A stretch of 64,000 nt of DNA from Escherichia coli. Lineage in GTDB: Bacteria > Pseudomonadota > Gammaproteobacteria > Enterobacterales > Enterobacteriaceae. The notes under the pieces were generated by a model, which did not search any database, was not told where the DNA came from, and worked only from the letters and a program-made list of their open reading frames with translations. Within the stretch, counting starts at the first letter, position 1. Each line of letters begins with the position of its first letter. Below are positions 41,824-64,000 of this stretch, in pieces. The stretch lies in NCBI RefSeq assembly GCF_044647545.1, contig NZ_CP172818.1; one strand, written 5' to 3'. The translations under genes were made by a program, and so were the position numbers.

Positions 41824-42043
41824 TTTACCCTTCTGTAGCCATCACCAGAGCCAAACCGATTAGATTCAATGTGATCGATTAGTTTGCTATATCTTAATTT
41901 TGTCTTTTGCAAAGGCTATCTCTCATTTATTTACTTGTTTTAGTAAATGTTGGCCTTTGTATATATATCTGACGAATTAATGGATATTGCAAATGTAATA
42001 TTCACAGGGATCACTGTAATTAAAATAAATGAAGGATTATGTA

Positions 42044-43459
42044 ATGGAAAACTTTAAACATCTCCCTGAACCGTTCCGCATTCGTGTTATTGAGCCAGTA
42101 AAACGTACCACTCGCGCTTATCGTGAAGAGGCAATTATTAAATCCGGTATGAACCCGTTCCTGCTGGATAGCGAAGATGTGTTTATCGATTTACTGACCG
42201 ACAGCGGCACCGGGGCGGTGACGCAGAGCATGCAGGCCGCGATGATGCGCGGCGACGAAGCCTACAGCGGCAGTCGCAGCTACTATGCGTTAGCCGAGTC
42301 AGTGAAAAATATCTTTGGTTATCAATACACCATTCCGACTCACCAGGGCCGTGGCGCAGAACAAATCTATATTCCGGTACTGATTAAAAAACGCGAGCAG
42401 GAAAAAGGCCTGGATCGCAGCAAAATGGTGGCGTTCTCTAACTATTTCTTTGATACCACGCAGGGCCATAGCCAGATTAACGGCTGTACCGTGCGTAACG
42501 TCTATATCAAAGAAGCCTTCGATACTGGCGTGCGTTACGACTTTAAAGGCAACTTTGACCTTGAGGGATTAGAACGCGGTATTGAAGAAGTTGGCCCGAA
42601 TAACGTGCCGTATATCGTTGCAACCATCACCAGTAACTCCGCAGGTGGTCAGCCGGTTTCACTGGCAAACTTAAAAGCGATGTACAGCATCGCGAAGAAA
42701 TACGATATTCCGGTGGTCATGGACTCCGCACGCTTTGCCGAAAACGCCTATTTCATCAAGCAGCGTGAAGCAGAATACAAAGACTGGACCATCGAGCAGA
42801 TCACCCGCGAAACCTACAAATATGCCGATATGCTGGCGATGTCCGCCAAGAAAGATGCGATGGTGCCGATGGGCGGCTTGCTGTGCATGAAAGACGACAG
42901 CTTCTTTGATGTGTACACCGAATGCAGAACCCTTTGCGTGGTACAGGAAGGCTTCCCGACATATGGCGGCCTGGAAGGCGGCGCGATGGAGCGTCTGGCG
43001 GTAGGTCTGTATGACGGCATGAATCTGGACTGGCTGGCTTATCGTATCGCGCAGGTGCAGTATCTGGTCGATGGTCTGGAAGAGATTGGCGTTGTCTGCC
43101 AGCAGGCGGGCGGTCACGCGGCATTCGTTGATGCCGGTAAACTGCTGCCGCATATCCCGGCAGATCAGTTCCCAGCACAGGCGCTGGCCTGCGAGTTGTA
43201 TAAAGTCGCCGGTATCCGTGCGGTAGAAATTGGCTCTTTCCTGTTAGGCCGCGACCCGAAAACCGGTAAACAACTACCATGCCCGGCTGAACTGCTGCGT
43301 TTAACCATTCCGCGCGCAACATATACTCAAACACATATGGACTTCATTATTGAAGCCTTCAAACATGTGAAAGAGAACGCGGCGAATATTAAAGGGTTAA
43401 CCTTTACCTATGAGCCAAAAGTATTGCGTCACTTCACCGCAAAACTGAAAGAAGTTTAA
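42044..43459 (+). CDS. tnaA: Tryptophanase
   Basis: 471 aa [41 protein letters not shown]...; track ORF starts five codons upstream. Confidence 0.98.
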
Positions 43460-43549
43460 TTAATACTACAGAGTGGCTATAAGGATGTTAGCCACTCTCT
43501 TACCCTACATCCTCAATAACAAAAATAGCCTTCCTCTAAAGGTGGCATC

Positions 43550-44797
43550 ATGACTGATCAAGCTGAAAAAAAGCACTCTGCATTTTGGGGTGTTATGGTT
43601 ATAGCAGGTACAGTAATTGGTGGAGGTATGTTTGCTTTACCTGTTGATCTTGCCGGTGCCTGGTTTTTCTGGGGTGCCTTTATCCTTATCATTGCCTGGT
43701 TTTCAATGCTTCATTCCGGGTTATTGTTATTAGAAGCAAATTTAAATTATCCTGTCGGCTCCAGTTTTAACACCATCACCAAAGATTTAATCGGTAACAC
43801 CTGGAACATTATCAGCGGTATTACCGTTGCCTTCGTTCTCTATATCCTCACTTATGCCTATATCTCTGCTAATGGTGCGATCATTAGTGAAACAATATCA
43901 ATGAATTTGGGCTATCACGCTAATCCGCGTATTGTCGGGATCTGCACAGCCATTTTCGTTGCCAGCGTATTGTGGATAAGCTCGTTAGCCGCCAGTCGTA
44001 TTACCTCATTGTTCCTCGGGCTGAAGATTATCTCCTTTGTGATCGTGTTTGGTTCTTTCTTCTTCCAGGTCGATTACTCCATTCTGCGCGATGCCACCAG
44101 CACCACTGCGGGAACGTCTTACTTCCCGTATATCTTTATGGCTTTGCCGGTGTGTCTGGCGTCATTTGGTTTTCACGGCAATATTCCCAGCCTGATTATT
44201 TGCTATGGCAAACGCAAAGATAAGTTAATCAAAAGCGTGGTCTTTGGTTCGCTGCTGGCGCTGGTGATTTATCTCTTCTGGCTCTATTGCACGATGGGGA
44301 ATATTCCGCGCGAAAGCTTTAAGGCGATAATCTCCTCAGGCGGCAACGTTGATTCGCTGGTGAAATCGTTCCTCGGCACCAAACAGCATGGGATTATCGA
44401 GTTTTGCCTGCTGGTGTTCTCCAACTTAGCTGTTGCCAGTTCGTTCTTTGGTGTCACGCTGGGATTGTTCGATTATCTGGCGGATCTGTTTAAGATTGAT
44501 AACTCCCACGGCGGGCGTTTCAAAACCGTGCTGTTAACCTTCCTGCCACCTGCTTTGTTGTATCTGATCTTCCCGAACGGCTTCATTTACGGGATCGGCG
44601 GTGCCGGACTGTGCGCCACCATCTGGGCGGTCATTATTCCCGCAGTGCTGGCAATCAAAGCTCGCAAGAAGTTTCCCAATCAGATGTTCACGGTCTGGGG
44701 CGGCAATCTTATTCCGGCGATTGTCATTCTCTTTGGTATAACCGTAATTTTATGCTGGTTCGGTAACGTCTTTAACGTGTTACCTAAATTTGGCTAA
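43550..44797 (+). CDS. tnaB: Low-affinity tryptophan permease TnaB
   Basis: 415-aa polytopic ORF immediately after tnaA. Confidence 0.95.
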   Translation: MTDQAEKKHSAFWGVMVIAGTVIGGGMFALPVDLAGAWFFWGAFILIIAWFSMLHSGLLLLEANLNYPVGSSFNTITKDLIGNTWNIISGITVAFVLYILTYAYISANGAIISETISMNLGYHANPRIVGICTAIFVASVLWISSLAASRITSLFLGLKIISFVIVFGSFFFQVDYSILRDATSTTAGTSYFPYIFMALPVCLASFGFHGNIPSLIICYGKRKDKLIKSVVFGSLLALVIYLFWLYCTMGNIPRESFKAIISSGGNVDSLVKSFLGTKQHGIIEFCLLVFSNLAVASSFFGVTLGLFDYLADLFKIDNSHGGRFKTVLLTFLPPALLYLIFPNGFIYGIGGAGLCATIWAVIIPAVLAIKARKKFPNQMFTVWGGNLIPAIVILFGITVILCWFGNVFNVLPKFG

Positions 44798-44928
44798 ATC
44801 CTTCAAGAAGCCAGCCATTCGCTGGCTTCTTGCCTGACAGGAAATCACTTATGTCCAAATGGCAACTCGCCTGATTCTCCTTCACCACGTATGCTTTGCG
44901 TCACCTTACTATCAGGACGCTTTAGCCC

Positions 44929-46104
44929 ATGTCCCGCTTTTTGGTTTGTAGTTTTGCCCTGGTTTTACTTTATCCCGCCGGGATTGATATGTACCTCGTT
45001 GGTTTACCGCGCATCGCCGCCGATCTCAATGCCAGCGAAGCGCAGTTGCATATTGCGTTCTCCGTTTATCTGGCGGGCATGGCAGCTGCGATGTTATTTG
45101 CCGGTAAAGTGGCCGATCGTTCAGGGAGAAAGCCTGTCACCATACCCGGCGCGGCGCTATTTATTATCGCCTCGGTGTTCTGTTCACTGGCTGAAACCAG
45201 CACGTTATTTCTTGCAGGGCGCTTTCTACAGGGGTTGGGCGCGGGCTGTTGTTACGTGGTGGCGTTCGCCATTTTACGCGACACGCTGGATGATCGACGT
45301 CGGGCTAAAGTGCTGTCGTTACTCAACGGCATTACCTGCATCATTCCGGTGTTAGCGCCGGTGCTCGGACACCTGATTATGCTTAAATTCCCTTGGCAGA
45401 GTCTGTTCTGGACGATGGCAACGATGGGCATCGCGGTACTGATGTTGTCTTTGTTTATTTTAAAAGAAACGCGCCCTGCGGCCCCCGCAGCTTCGGACAA
45501 ACCACGAGAAAATAGCGAGTCACTGCTTAACCGGTTTTTCCTCAGCCGTGTGGTTATCACCACCCTCAGCGTTTCGGTGATCCTCACCTTCGTCAACACG
45601 TCGCCAGTATTGCTGATGGAAATCATGGGTTTTGAGCGCGGAGAATACGCCACCATTATGGCGTTGACCGCTGGCGTCAGCATGACCGTTTCATTCTCCA
45701 CGCCGTTTGCGCTGGGAATTTTTAAGCCACGTACGTTGATGATCACCTCACAGGTGTTATTCCTGGCGGCGGGGATCACCCTTGCCGTTTCACCTTCCCA
45801 TGCGGTTTCGCTGTTTGGTATCACGCTGATTTGCGCCGGTTTCTCGGTAGGTTTTGGCGTAGCGATGAGTCAGGCGTTAGGGCCGTTTTCACTACGCGCG
45901 GGCGTAGCCAGCTCGACCTTAGGTATTGCGCAAGTTTGCGGTTCGTCACTGTGGATTTGGCTGGCGGCGGTGGTTGGTATCGGCGCATGGAATATGCTGA
46001 TCGGGATTCTGATTGCCTGTAGCATAGTGAGCCTGTTGCTGATTATGTTCGTCGCGCCTGGACGCCCGGTTGCCGCTCATGAAGAAATCCATCACCACGC
46101 TTGA
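44929..46104 (+). CDS. mdtL: Multidrug efflux MFS transporter MdtL
   Basis: 391-aa [47 protein letters not shown]... Confidence 0.9.
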   Translation: MSRFLVCSFALVLLYPAGIDMYLVGLPRIAADLNASEAQLHIAFSVYLAGMAAAMLFAGKVADRSGRKPVTIPGAALFIIASVFCSLAETSTLFLAGRFLQGLGAGCCYVVAFAILRDTLDDRRRAKVLSLLNGITCIIPVLAPVLGHLIMLKFPWQSLFWTMATMGIAVLMLSLFILKETRPAAPAASDKPRENSESLLNRFFLSRVVITTLSVSVILTFVNTSPVLLMEIMGFERGEYATIMALTAGVSMTVSFSTPFALGIFKPRTLMITSQVLFLAAGITLAVSPSHAVSLFGITLICAGFSVGFGVAMSQALGPFSLRAGVASSTLGIAQVCGSSLWIWLAAVVGIGAWNMLIGILIACSIVSLLLIMFVAPGRPVAAHEEIHHHA

Positions 46105-47038
46105 TCTCAATCTGCTGCTCTGTCTGCAACTGCTGATGCAGGAGCGTAGCGTGACCAAAGCGGCGAAGCGGATGAACGTGACCCCTTCGGCGGTGAGTAA
46201 GTCGCTGGCAAAGTTAAGAGCGTGGTTTGACGATCCGCTCTTTGTGAACTCACCGCTGGGGCTGTCGCCCACACCGCTAATGGTCAGCATGGAGCAAAAT
46301 CTGGCGGAGTGGATGCAAATGAGCAACCTGCTGCTGGATAAACCGCACCACCAGACACCGCGCGGCCTGAAGTTTGAGCTGGCAGCAGAATCACCGCTAA
46401 TGATGATCATGCTTAATGCGCTGTCGAAACGGATCTACCAACGTTACCCGCAGGCGACCATCAAATTACGTAACTGGGATTACGATTCCTTAGATGCCAT
46501 TACTCGTGGTGAAGTGGATATTGGTTTTTCCGGTCGCGAAAGTCATCCCCGTTCGCGGGAGCTGTTAAGCTCGCTACCGTTAGCCATTGATTATGAAGTG
46601 CTGTTTAGTGATGTGCCCTGCGTCTGGTTACGCAAAGATCATCCGGCACTGCATGAAGCATGGAATCTGGACACCTTTTTACGTTATCCGCATATCAGCA
46701 TTTGCTGGGAACAGAGCGATACCTGGGCGCTGGACAATGTGTTACAGGAGCTGGGGCGCGAACGCACGATTGCTATGAGCATGCCGGAATTCGAGCAGTC
46801 ACTGTTTATGGCAGCACAGCCCGACAATCTGTTACTGGCGACCGCGCCGCGCTACTGCCAGTACTACAATCAACTCCACCAACTGCCGTTGGTTGCTCTT
46901 CCTCTCCCGTTTGATGAAAGCCAGCAAAAAAAGCTGGAAGTCCCTTTTACCCTTCTGTGGCATAAACGGAACAGCCGTAATCCGAAGATCGTCTGGTTAC
47001 GGGAAACCATTAAAAATCTTTACGCGTCGATGGCATAA
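46079..47038 (+). CDS. yidZ: LysR-family transcriptional regulator YidZ
   Basis: 319 aa from [40 protein letters not shown] (LysR HTH); overlaps mdtL 3' end. Confidence 0.85.
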   Translation: MKKSITTLDLNLLLCLQLLMQERSVTKAAKRMNVTPSAVSKSLAKLRAWFDDPLFVNSPLGLSPTPLMVSMEQNLAEWMQMSNLLLDKPHHQTPRGLKFELAAESPLMMIMLNALSKRIYQRYPQATIKLRNWDYDSLDAITRGEVDIGFSGRESHPRSRELLSSLPLAIDYEVLFSDVPCVWLRKDHPALHEAWNLDTFLRYPHISICWEQSDTWALDNVLQELGRERTIAMSMPEFEQSLFMAAQPDNLLLATAPRYCQYYNQLHQLPLVALPLPFDESQQKKLEVPFTLLWHKRNSRNPKIVWLRETIKNLYASMA

Positions 47039-47194
47039 CCGAATCGTATGAAACGCGACCCAATTTCACAATGAAATGTAAAAAAGTTGTAATAAACTTA
47101 TCTGAATCGAACTTTTAGTCGCTTTAGTCTGTCCATCATTCCAGTAAATGATTACTCTTGTATTCATAATGGACCATTAAGCATGGAGCGAAAA

Positions 47195-47944
47195 ATGGCG
47201 ACTCACTTTGCCCGAGGGATTTTAACGGAAGGACATCTGATTTCTGTTCGTCTCCCCTCCCAGTGTCATCAAGAAGCCCGAAACATTCCCCCTCATCGTC
47301 AAAGCCGTTTTCTGGCGTCCAGAGGTTTACTCGCAGAACTGATGTTCATGCTGTATGGCATTGGCGAATTGCCGGAAATCGTCACCCTGCCGAAAGGTAA
47401 ACCGGTTTTCAGCGATAAAAATTTGCCTTCGTTTTCTATTTCCTATGCCGGGAATATGGTTGGCGTGGCGTTAACAACCGAAGGTGAATGTGGCCTCGAT
47501 ATGGAACTGCAGCGTGCGACGCGCGGGTTTCATAGCCCACACGCGCCCGATAACCACACCTTTTCCAGCAATGAATCGCTATGGATCAGTAAACAAAACG
47601 ATCCTAACGAAGCGCGGGCGCAGCTCATCACGCTGCGCCGAAGCGTGCTAAAACTAACCGGTGATGTTTTGAATGACGATCCGCGCGATCTGCAGCTGCT
47701 GCCCATTGCCGGACGCCTGAAATGTGCTCATGTAAATCATGTAGAAGCGTTATGCGACGCGGAGGACGTGCTGGTGTGGTCCGTGGCGGTCACGCCCACG
47801 ATTGAAAAGCTCAGTGTCTGGGAGTTAGATGGCAAACACGGCTGGAAAAGCCTGCCCGATATTCACAGCCGCGCCAACAATCCTACCAGCCGGATGATGC
47901 GTTTTGCCCAGCTCTCTACCGTGAAGGCTTTTTCGCCAAATTGA
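47195..47944 (+). CDS. yieE: YieE, putative 4'-phosphopantetheinyl transferase-like protein
   Basis: About 249 aa from MATHFARGILTEGHLISV...; start uncertain (track ORF begins 4 codons upstream). Confidence 0.75.
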   Translation: MATHFARGILTEGHLISVRLPSQCHQEARNIPPHRQSRFLASRGLLAELMFMLYGIGELPEIVTLPKGKPVFSDKNLPSFSISYAGNMVGVALTTEGECGLDMELQRATRGFHSPHAPDNHTFSSNESLWISKQNDPNEARAQLITLRRSVLKLTGDVLNDDPRDLQLLPIAGRLKCAHVNHVEALCDAEDVLVWSVAVTPTIEKLSVWELDGKHGWKSLPDIHSRANNPTSRMMRFAQLSTVKAFSPN

Positions 47945-47965
47945 TAGACAACCACAGGAGTCATC

Positions 47966-48532
47966 ATGTCTGAAAAATTGCAGGTGGTTACGTTACTGGG
48001 GAGCCTGCGCAAAGGCTCATTTAATGGCATGGTTGCACGTACCCTGCCGAAAATTGCTCCGGCGAGCATGGAAGTCAATGCGTTACCTTCCATTGCCGAC
48101 ATTCCCTTGTATGACGCTGACGTACAGCAGGAAGAAGGTTTTCCAGCAACGGTTGAAGCTCTGGCGGAACAGATCCGTCAGGCTGACGGTGTGGTGATCG
48201 TCACGCCGGAATATAACTACTCGGTACCGGGCGGGCTGAAAAATGCCATCGACTGGCTTTCCCGCCTGCCGGATCAACCGCTGGCCGGTAAACCGGTGTT
48301 GATTCAGACCAGCTCAATGGGCGTGATTGGCGGCGCGCGCTGTCAGTATCACCTGCGCCAGATTCTGGTTTTCCTCGATGCAATGGTGATGAACAAGCCG
48401 GAATTTATGGGCGGCGTGATTCAGAACAAAGTTGATCCGCAAACCGGAGAAGTGATTGATCAGGGTACGCTGGACCACCTGACCGGGCAATTAACCGCAT
48501 TTGGTGAGTTTATTCAGCGAGTTAAGATCTAA
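47966..48532 (+). CDS. chrR: NAD(P)H-dependent FMN reductase / chromate reductase ChrR (YieF)
   Basis: 188-aa ORF MSEKLQVVTLLGSLRKGSFNGMVARTL..., flavodoxin-like fold. Confidence 0.9.
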   Translation: MSEKLQVVTLLGSLRKGSFNGMVARTLPKIAPASMEVNALPSIADIPLYDADVQQEEGFPATVEALAEQIRQADGVVIVTPEYNYSVPGGLKNAIDWLSRLPDQPLAGKPVLIQTSSMGVIGGARCQYHLRQILVFLDAMVMNKPEFMGGVIQNKVDPQTGEVIDQGTLDHLTGQLTAFGEFIQRVKI

Positions 48533-48533
48533 A

Positions 48534-48570
48534 TAAAAAACCCGCCAGCAATCATGCATGGCGGGTTTTT
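48534..48570. terminator. Bidirectional rho-independent terminator between chrR and adeP
   Basis: Hairpin cccgcca...tggcggg flanked by an A-run and a T-run, between convergent genes. Confidence 0.7.
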
Positions 48571-48585
48571 AACGCGCTATCGATT

Positions 48586-49923
48586 TTAGTGAGCGTCGAT
48601 AAACACAATCTTCAGGATAAACAGCAGCGCAACGATGATTACGCACGGGCTTAGATCACGCAGACGTCCGGTACCGATTTTCATCACGCAGTAGGAGATA
48701 AAGCCCAGCGCAATACCTTCGGTAATCGAGAAGCTGAACGGCATCATCACAGCGGTAATAAACGCCGGAACAGATTCAGTAAGATCCTGCCAGTTCACGC
48801 GAGCAAGACTTGAGGTCATCAACACGCCAACGTAAATCAGCGCGCCAGCTGCGGCATATCCCGGCACCATCCCCGCCAGCGGCGACAGGAAGATAACCAG
48901 CAGGAACAGCAGACCAACAACGACTGCCGTCAGGCCGGTACGCCCCCCAACGGAAACGCCGGAAGAAGACTCGATATACGCCGTAACAGAAGAAGTCCCG
49001 ATAAACGAACCGGTCACGGAAGAGATGCTGTCGACATACAGCGCCTGCTTCATGCGCGGGAATTTACCTTTATCATCAGCCAGACCTGCTTTATCGGTCA
49101 CGCCAATCAGCGTACCGGAGGAGTCAAACAAGTTGACCAGCATGAAAGAGAAAATCACCCCTGCCAGCCCGAGGTTAAACGACCCGGCTAAATCTACATG
49201 ACCCACGACAGTCATTACGCTCGGCGGCGCAGAAACGATGCCGTTGTAGTGCACATCACCCAGCATCCAGCCCAGCAGCGTTGTCACCACGATGGAAACC
49301 AGCACCGCCGCGTGAATATTGCGCGAGGCCAGAATGGCGATGATGAAGAAGCCGAGGATCCCCAGCAGCACGCTGTGAGAAGTCAGGTTACCGATGCTCA
49401 CCAGCGTTTCCGGGTTAGCGACAATCACACCTGCGTTTTTCAGCCCCATCATGCCAATAAACAGACCGATACCACTGGTGATGCCCACACGTAGACTTAC
49501 CGGAATGTTGGCTATCATCCAGTAGCGAACGCGGAAAATCGTCAGTAACAGCAGACCAATCGCACCCCAGAAGATTGCGCCCATCCCGACTTGCCACGGC
49601 AAGCCCATCGCCTGCACAACCACAAAAGCGAAGAACGCATTCAGGCCCATAGCGGGTGCCAGTGCAACTGGCAGGTTAGCAAACAGTCCCATCATAATAC
49701 TGCCGAATGCAGCAATCAGACAGGTAGTGACGAAGACGGCGCTGGTATCCATGCCAGCAACGCCAAGAATTTGCGGGTTAACAAAAACGATGTAAACCAT
49801 CGTCAGGAAGGTGGTAAAACCGGCGATCACTTCGGTCCGTGCCGTCGTGCCATGTTCGCGCAGTTTAAACACGCGTTCCAGCATCCCCTGGCCAGAAGCC
49901 TGGGTTGTGTGTTGTTGACTCAT
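48586..49923 (-). CDS. adeP: Adenine permease AdeP (NCS2/AzgA family)
   Basis: 445-aa polytopic ORF MSQQHTTQASGQGMLERVFKLREHGTTARTEVIAGF... Confidence 0.9.
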   Translation of the reverse strand: MSQQHTTQASGQGMLERVFKLREHGTTARTEVIAGFTTFLTMVYIVFVNPQILGVAGMDTSAVFVTTCLIAAFGSIMMGLFANLPVALAPAMGLNAFFAFVVVQAMGLPWQVGMGAIFWGAIGLLLLTIFRVRYWMIANIPVSLRVGITSGIGLFIGMMGLKNAGVIVANPETLVSIGNLTSHSVLLGILGFFIIAILASRNIHAAVLVSIVVTTLLGWMLGDVHYNGIVSAPPSVMTVVGHVDLAGSFNLGLAGVIFSFMLVNLFDSSGTLIGVTDKAGLADDKGKFPRMKQALYVDSISSVTGSFIGTSSVTAYIESSSGVSVGGRTGLTAVVVGLLFLLVIFLSPLAGMVPGYAAAGALIYVGVLMTSSLARVNWQDLTESVPAFITAVMMPFSFSITEGIALGFISYCVMKIGTGRLRDLSPCVIIVALLFILKIVFIDAH

Positions 49924-50089
49924 TATCTATTTCCGAACAAGGAGGGAAAATCCGTCGCTATCGTATACCAAAATGAGACAATATGGACGGCTGAAGATAA
50001 CTTTTTTTCATTGTATTTGCTTATACGGCAACGATTGCGTCATGCGAATTGGCATGACGAAAACGTTAAACTAACGATAAAGGAAAGAC

Positions 50090-50755
50090 ATGTCCCAGAT
50101 AGAAGCGGTATTTTTCGACTGCGACGGTACGCTGGTCGATAGCGAGGTCATTTGCTCTCGCGCCTATGTCACGATGTTCAGGGAATTTGGCATTCACGTT
50201 GACCTGGAGGAGATTTTTACCCGTTTTAAAGGCGTAAAACTCTACGAAATCATCGACATCATCAGTAAAGAACAGGGCGTGACGATGATCCAGGCCGATG
50301 CCGAGCACGTTTACCGCGCAGAAGTGGCGCGTCTGTTTGATACCGAACTTGAGGACATCGCAGGAGCGAACGAATTGCTGGCGAGCATTAACGTGCCGAT
50401 GTGCGTCGTCTCTAACGGTCCGATCAACAAAATGCAGCATTCGCTGGGTAAGCTCAAGATGCTGCACTACTTCCCGGAAAAACTGTTCAGCGGCTACGAT
50501 ATCCAGCGTTGGAAGCCCGACCCGGCGTTAATGTTCCATGCGGCAAAAGCGATGAATGTAAACGTTGAAAACTGCATTCTGGTCGATGACTCCAGCGCCG
50601 GTGCGCAATCAGGGATAGATGCCGGAATGGAAGTGTTTTACTTCTGCGCTGACCCGCACAATAAACCGATCGTTCACCCGAAAGTCACCACATTTACCGA
50701 GCTGGCGCAGCTGCCTGCACTCTGGAAGGCACGCGGCTGGAATATAACGGCATAG
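50090..50755 (+). CDS. yieH: HAD-superfamily phosphatase YieH
   Basis: 221-aa ORF MSQIEAVFFDCDGTLVDSE (DxDGT HAD motif I). Confidence 0.9.
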   Translation: MSQIEAVFFDCDGTLVDSEVICSRAYVTMFREFGIHVDLEEIFTRFKGVKLYEIIDIISKEQGVTMIQADAEHVYRAEVARLFDTELEDIAGANELLASINVPMCVVSNGPINKMQHSLGKLKMLHYFPEKLFSGYDIQRWKPDPALMFHAAKAMNVNVENCILVDDSSAGAQSGIDAGMEVFYFCADPHNKPIVHPKVTTFTELAQLPALWKARGWNITA

Positions 50756-50821
50756 TTCTTCACACTCCCTTCACTTACCCCGCTTAAATTGGCGCTCAAA
50801 GGTAAGTAAAGGGAGTTTGAT

Positions 50822-51289
50822 ATGTCTGTTTCACGTCGGGTAATACATCACGGACTTTATTTTGCAGTTTTAGGACCGTTAATTGGTGTTCTGTTTCTTG
50901 TCCTCTACATATTCTTCGCAAAAGAACCGCTGGTTCTTTGGGTGATAATACATCCAATTTTTCTCTTATTGTCGATAACTACGGGAGCTATTCCTGCGTT
51001 GTTAACCGGTGTAATGGTTGCCTGTCTGCCGGAAAAGATCGGGTCACAGAAACGTTATCGTTGTCTGGCTGGTGGCATAGGTGGCGTCGTTATCACCGAG
51101 ATCTATTGTGCAGTTATTGTACATATTAAGGGCATGGCTTCCTCGGAGTTGTTTGAAAACATTCTTTCTGGTGACAGTCTCGTTGTCCGCATCATTCCTG
51201 CATTGCTGGCAGGTGTGGTGATGAGCAGAATCATTACCCGTCTACCCGGATTGGATATTTCATGTCCTGAAACAGACTCTTTAAGTTAA
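50822..51289 (+). CDS. cbrB: Inner membrane protein CbrB (CreBC-regulated)
   Basis: 155-aa hydrophobic ORF. Confidence 0.8.
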   Translation: MSVSRRVIHHGLYFAVLGPLIGVLFLVLYIFFAKEPLVLWVIIHPIFLLLSITTGAIPALLTGVMVACLPEKIGSQKRYRCLAGGIGGVVITEIYCAVIVHIKGMASSELFENILSGDSLVVRIIPALLAGVVMSRIITRLPGLDISCPETDSLS

Positions 51290-59973
<8,684 letters not shown>

Positions 59974-60130
59974 AGTCATTTATTAATGGTTTTTATAACG
60001 AACATCCAGGTTCGGAAATTAATTTAATTGCGTGCAGAGAAAATAGCAATGCGCTATTGATAAAAATATGACCATGCTCGCAGTTATTAACTTTGTGTAA
60101 TTTTAGGAATTTATAAAGTTATATATAACA

Positions 60131-60160
60131 AATCCCAATAATTAAGTTATTGGGATTTGT
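60131..60160 (-). terminator. Rho-independent terminator after phoU
   Basis: Hairpin aaatcccaataa...ttattgggattt just downstream of the phoU stop. Confidence 0.6.
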
Positions 60161-60168
60161 CTGGTGAA

Positions 60169-60894
60169 TTATTTGTCGCTATCTTTTCCGGCCAGCAGTT
60201 TATCCAGCTCATCACCGCCTACATGACGGAAATCCTGCCCCTTCACGTAGTAGAAGATAAACTCACAAATATTCTGGCAGCGGTCGCCGATACGTTCGAT
60301 TGAACGCGCACAGAATAGCGCGGTAAGTACGCTCGGAATGGTGCGCGAATCTTCCATCATGTAGGTCATCAGTTGACGAACAATACCTTCGTACTCCTGA
60401 TCGACTTTTTTATCTTCCCGATAAATACGTACCGCTTCGTCAATGTCCATCCGCGCGAACGCGTCCAGCACGTCGTGCAGCATCTGGATGGTATGACGGC
60501 CCAGCGACTCCAGACTTACCAGCAACGGCTGATGCTGCTGGGAGAATTTCTCCAGCGCAGTACGGCAGATTTTGTCCGCCACGTCGCCAATACGCTCCAG
60601 CTCGGCAATGGTTTTACTGATCACCATAACCAGACGCAGGTCGCTCGCCGTCGGCTGACGTTTGGCGATAATGCGCACGCAAGCTTCATCGATCGCCACT
60701 TCCATCATGTTGACGTTCTTGTCGCCTTCGATGACGCGCTTCGCCAGATCGCTGTCCTGGTTATGCATCGCGGTGATTGCATCAGAAAGCTGCTGCTCCA
60801 CCATGCCGCCCATGGTCATCACCTGCGTGCGGATACTTTCCAGTTCGGCGTTGAACTGGCCGGAAATATGTTTATTAAGATTGAGACTGTCCAT
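60169..60894 (-). CDS. phoU: Phosphate signalling protein PhoU
   Basis: 241 aa [36 protein letters not shown]... Confidence 0.97.
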   Translation of the reverse strand: MDSLNLNKHISGQFNAELESIRTQVMTMGGMVEQQLSDAITAMHNQDSDLAKRVIEGDKNVNMMEVAIDEACVRIIAKRQPTASDLRLVMVISKTIAELERIGDVADKICRTALEKFSQQHQPLLVSLESLGRHTIQMLHDVLDAFARMDIDEAVRIYREDKKVDQEYEGIVRQLMTYMMEDSRTIPSVLTALFCARSIERIGDRCQNICEFIFYYVKGQDFRHVGGDELDKLLAGKDSDK

Positions 60895-60908
60895 AACGCA
60901 CTCCTGAA

Positions 60909-63623
<2,715 letters not shown>

Positions 63624-63663
63624 TTACTCTTCAGTTAAACGCGTTTACAAAGTCATTTTGTAA

Positions 63664-63697
63664 TGCCGGATGCGGCGTAAAACACCGTACCCGGCCT
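63664..63697. repeat. REP-like palindromic element between pstS and pstC
   Basis: gccggatgcggcg...ccggc partial palindrome typical of REP sequences. Confidence 0.5.
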
Positions 63698-63705
63698 GAA
63701 TTTTA

Positions 63706-64000
<295 letters not shown>

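Overview
This window is the Escherichia coli chromosomal segment running from uhpC to pstS (K-12-like gene order): uhpCBA, ilvBN-ivbL, istR/tisB, emrD, yidFGHJKL, glvCBG, yidP, yidE, ibpAB, yidQR, cbrA, dgoRKADT, yidXAB, gyrB-recF-dnaN-dnaA, rpmH-rnpA-yidD-yidC-mnmE, tnaCAB, mdtL, yidZ, yieE, chrR, adeP, yieH, cbrBC, yieKL, bglGFBH and phoU-pstBACS. Gene identities were assigned by reading the six-frame ORFs against my recollection of the E. coli proteins; no search was run. I found no convincing novel biological system. The gene content is the expected one, except that I could not find yidI. The strongest anomaly is a roughly 1.6 kb poly(A)-dominated, strand-asymmetric, non-coding tract (about 3140-4737) between uhpA and ilvN, which I consider most likely a non-biological artefact. 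Several conserved genes also carry apparent inactivating lesions: an in-frame TAG in ilvN, a +1 frameshift in rpmH, loss of the expected pstA stop codon, and a homopolymer-associated frameshift/internal deletion in glvG. Together these suggest sequence-quality or synthetic-origin problems rather than new biology, though each is testable. The least-characterised native content is the yidF-yidJ-yidK-yidL sulfatase cluster and the yieK-yieL-bglH module.
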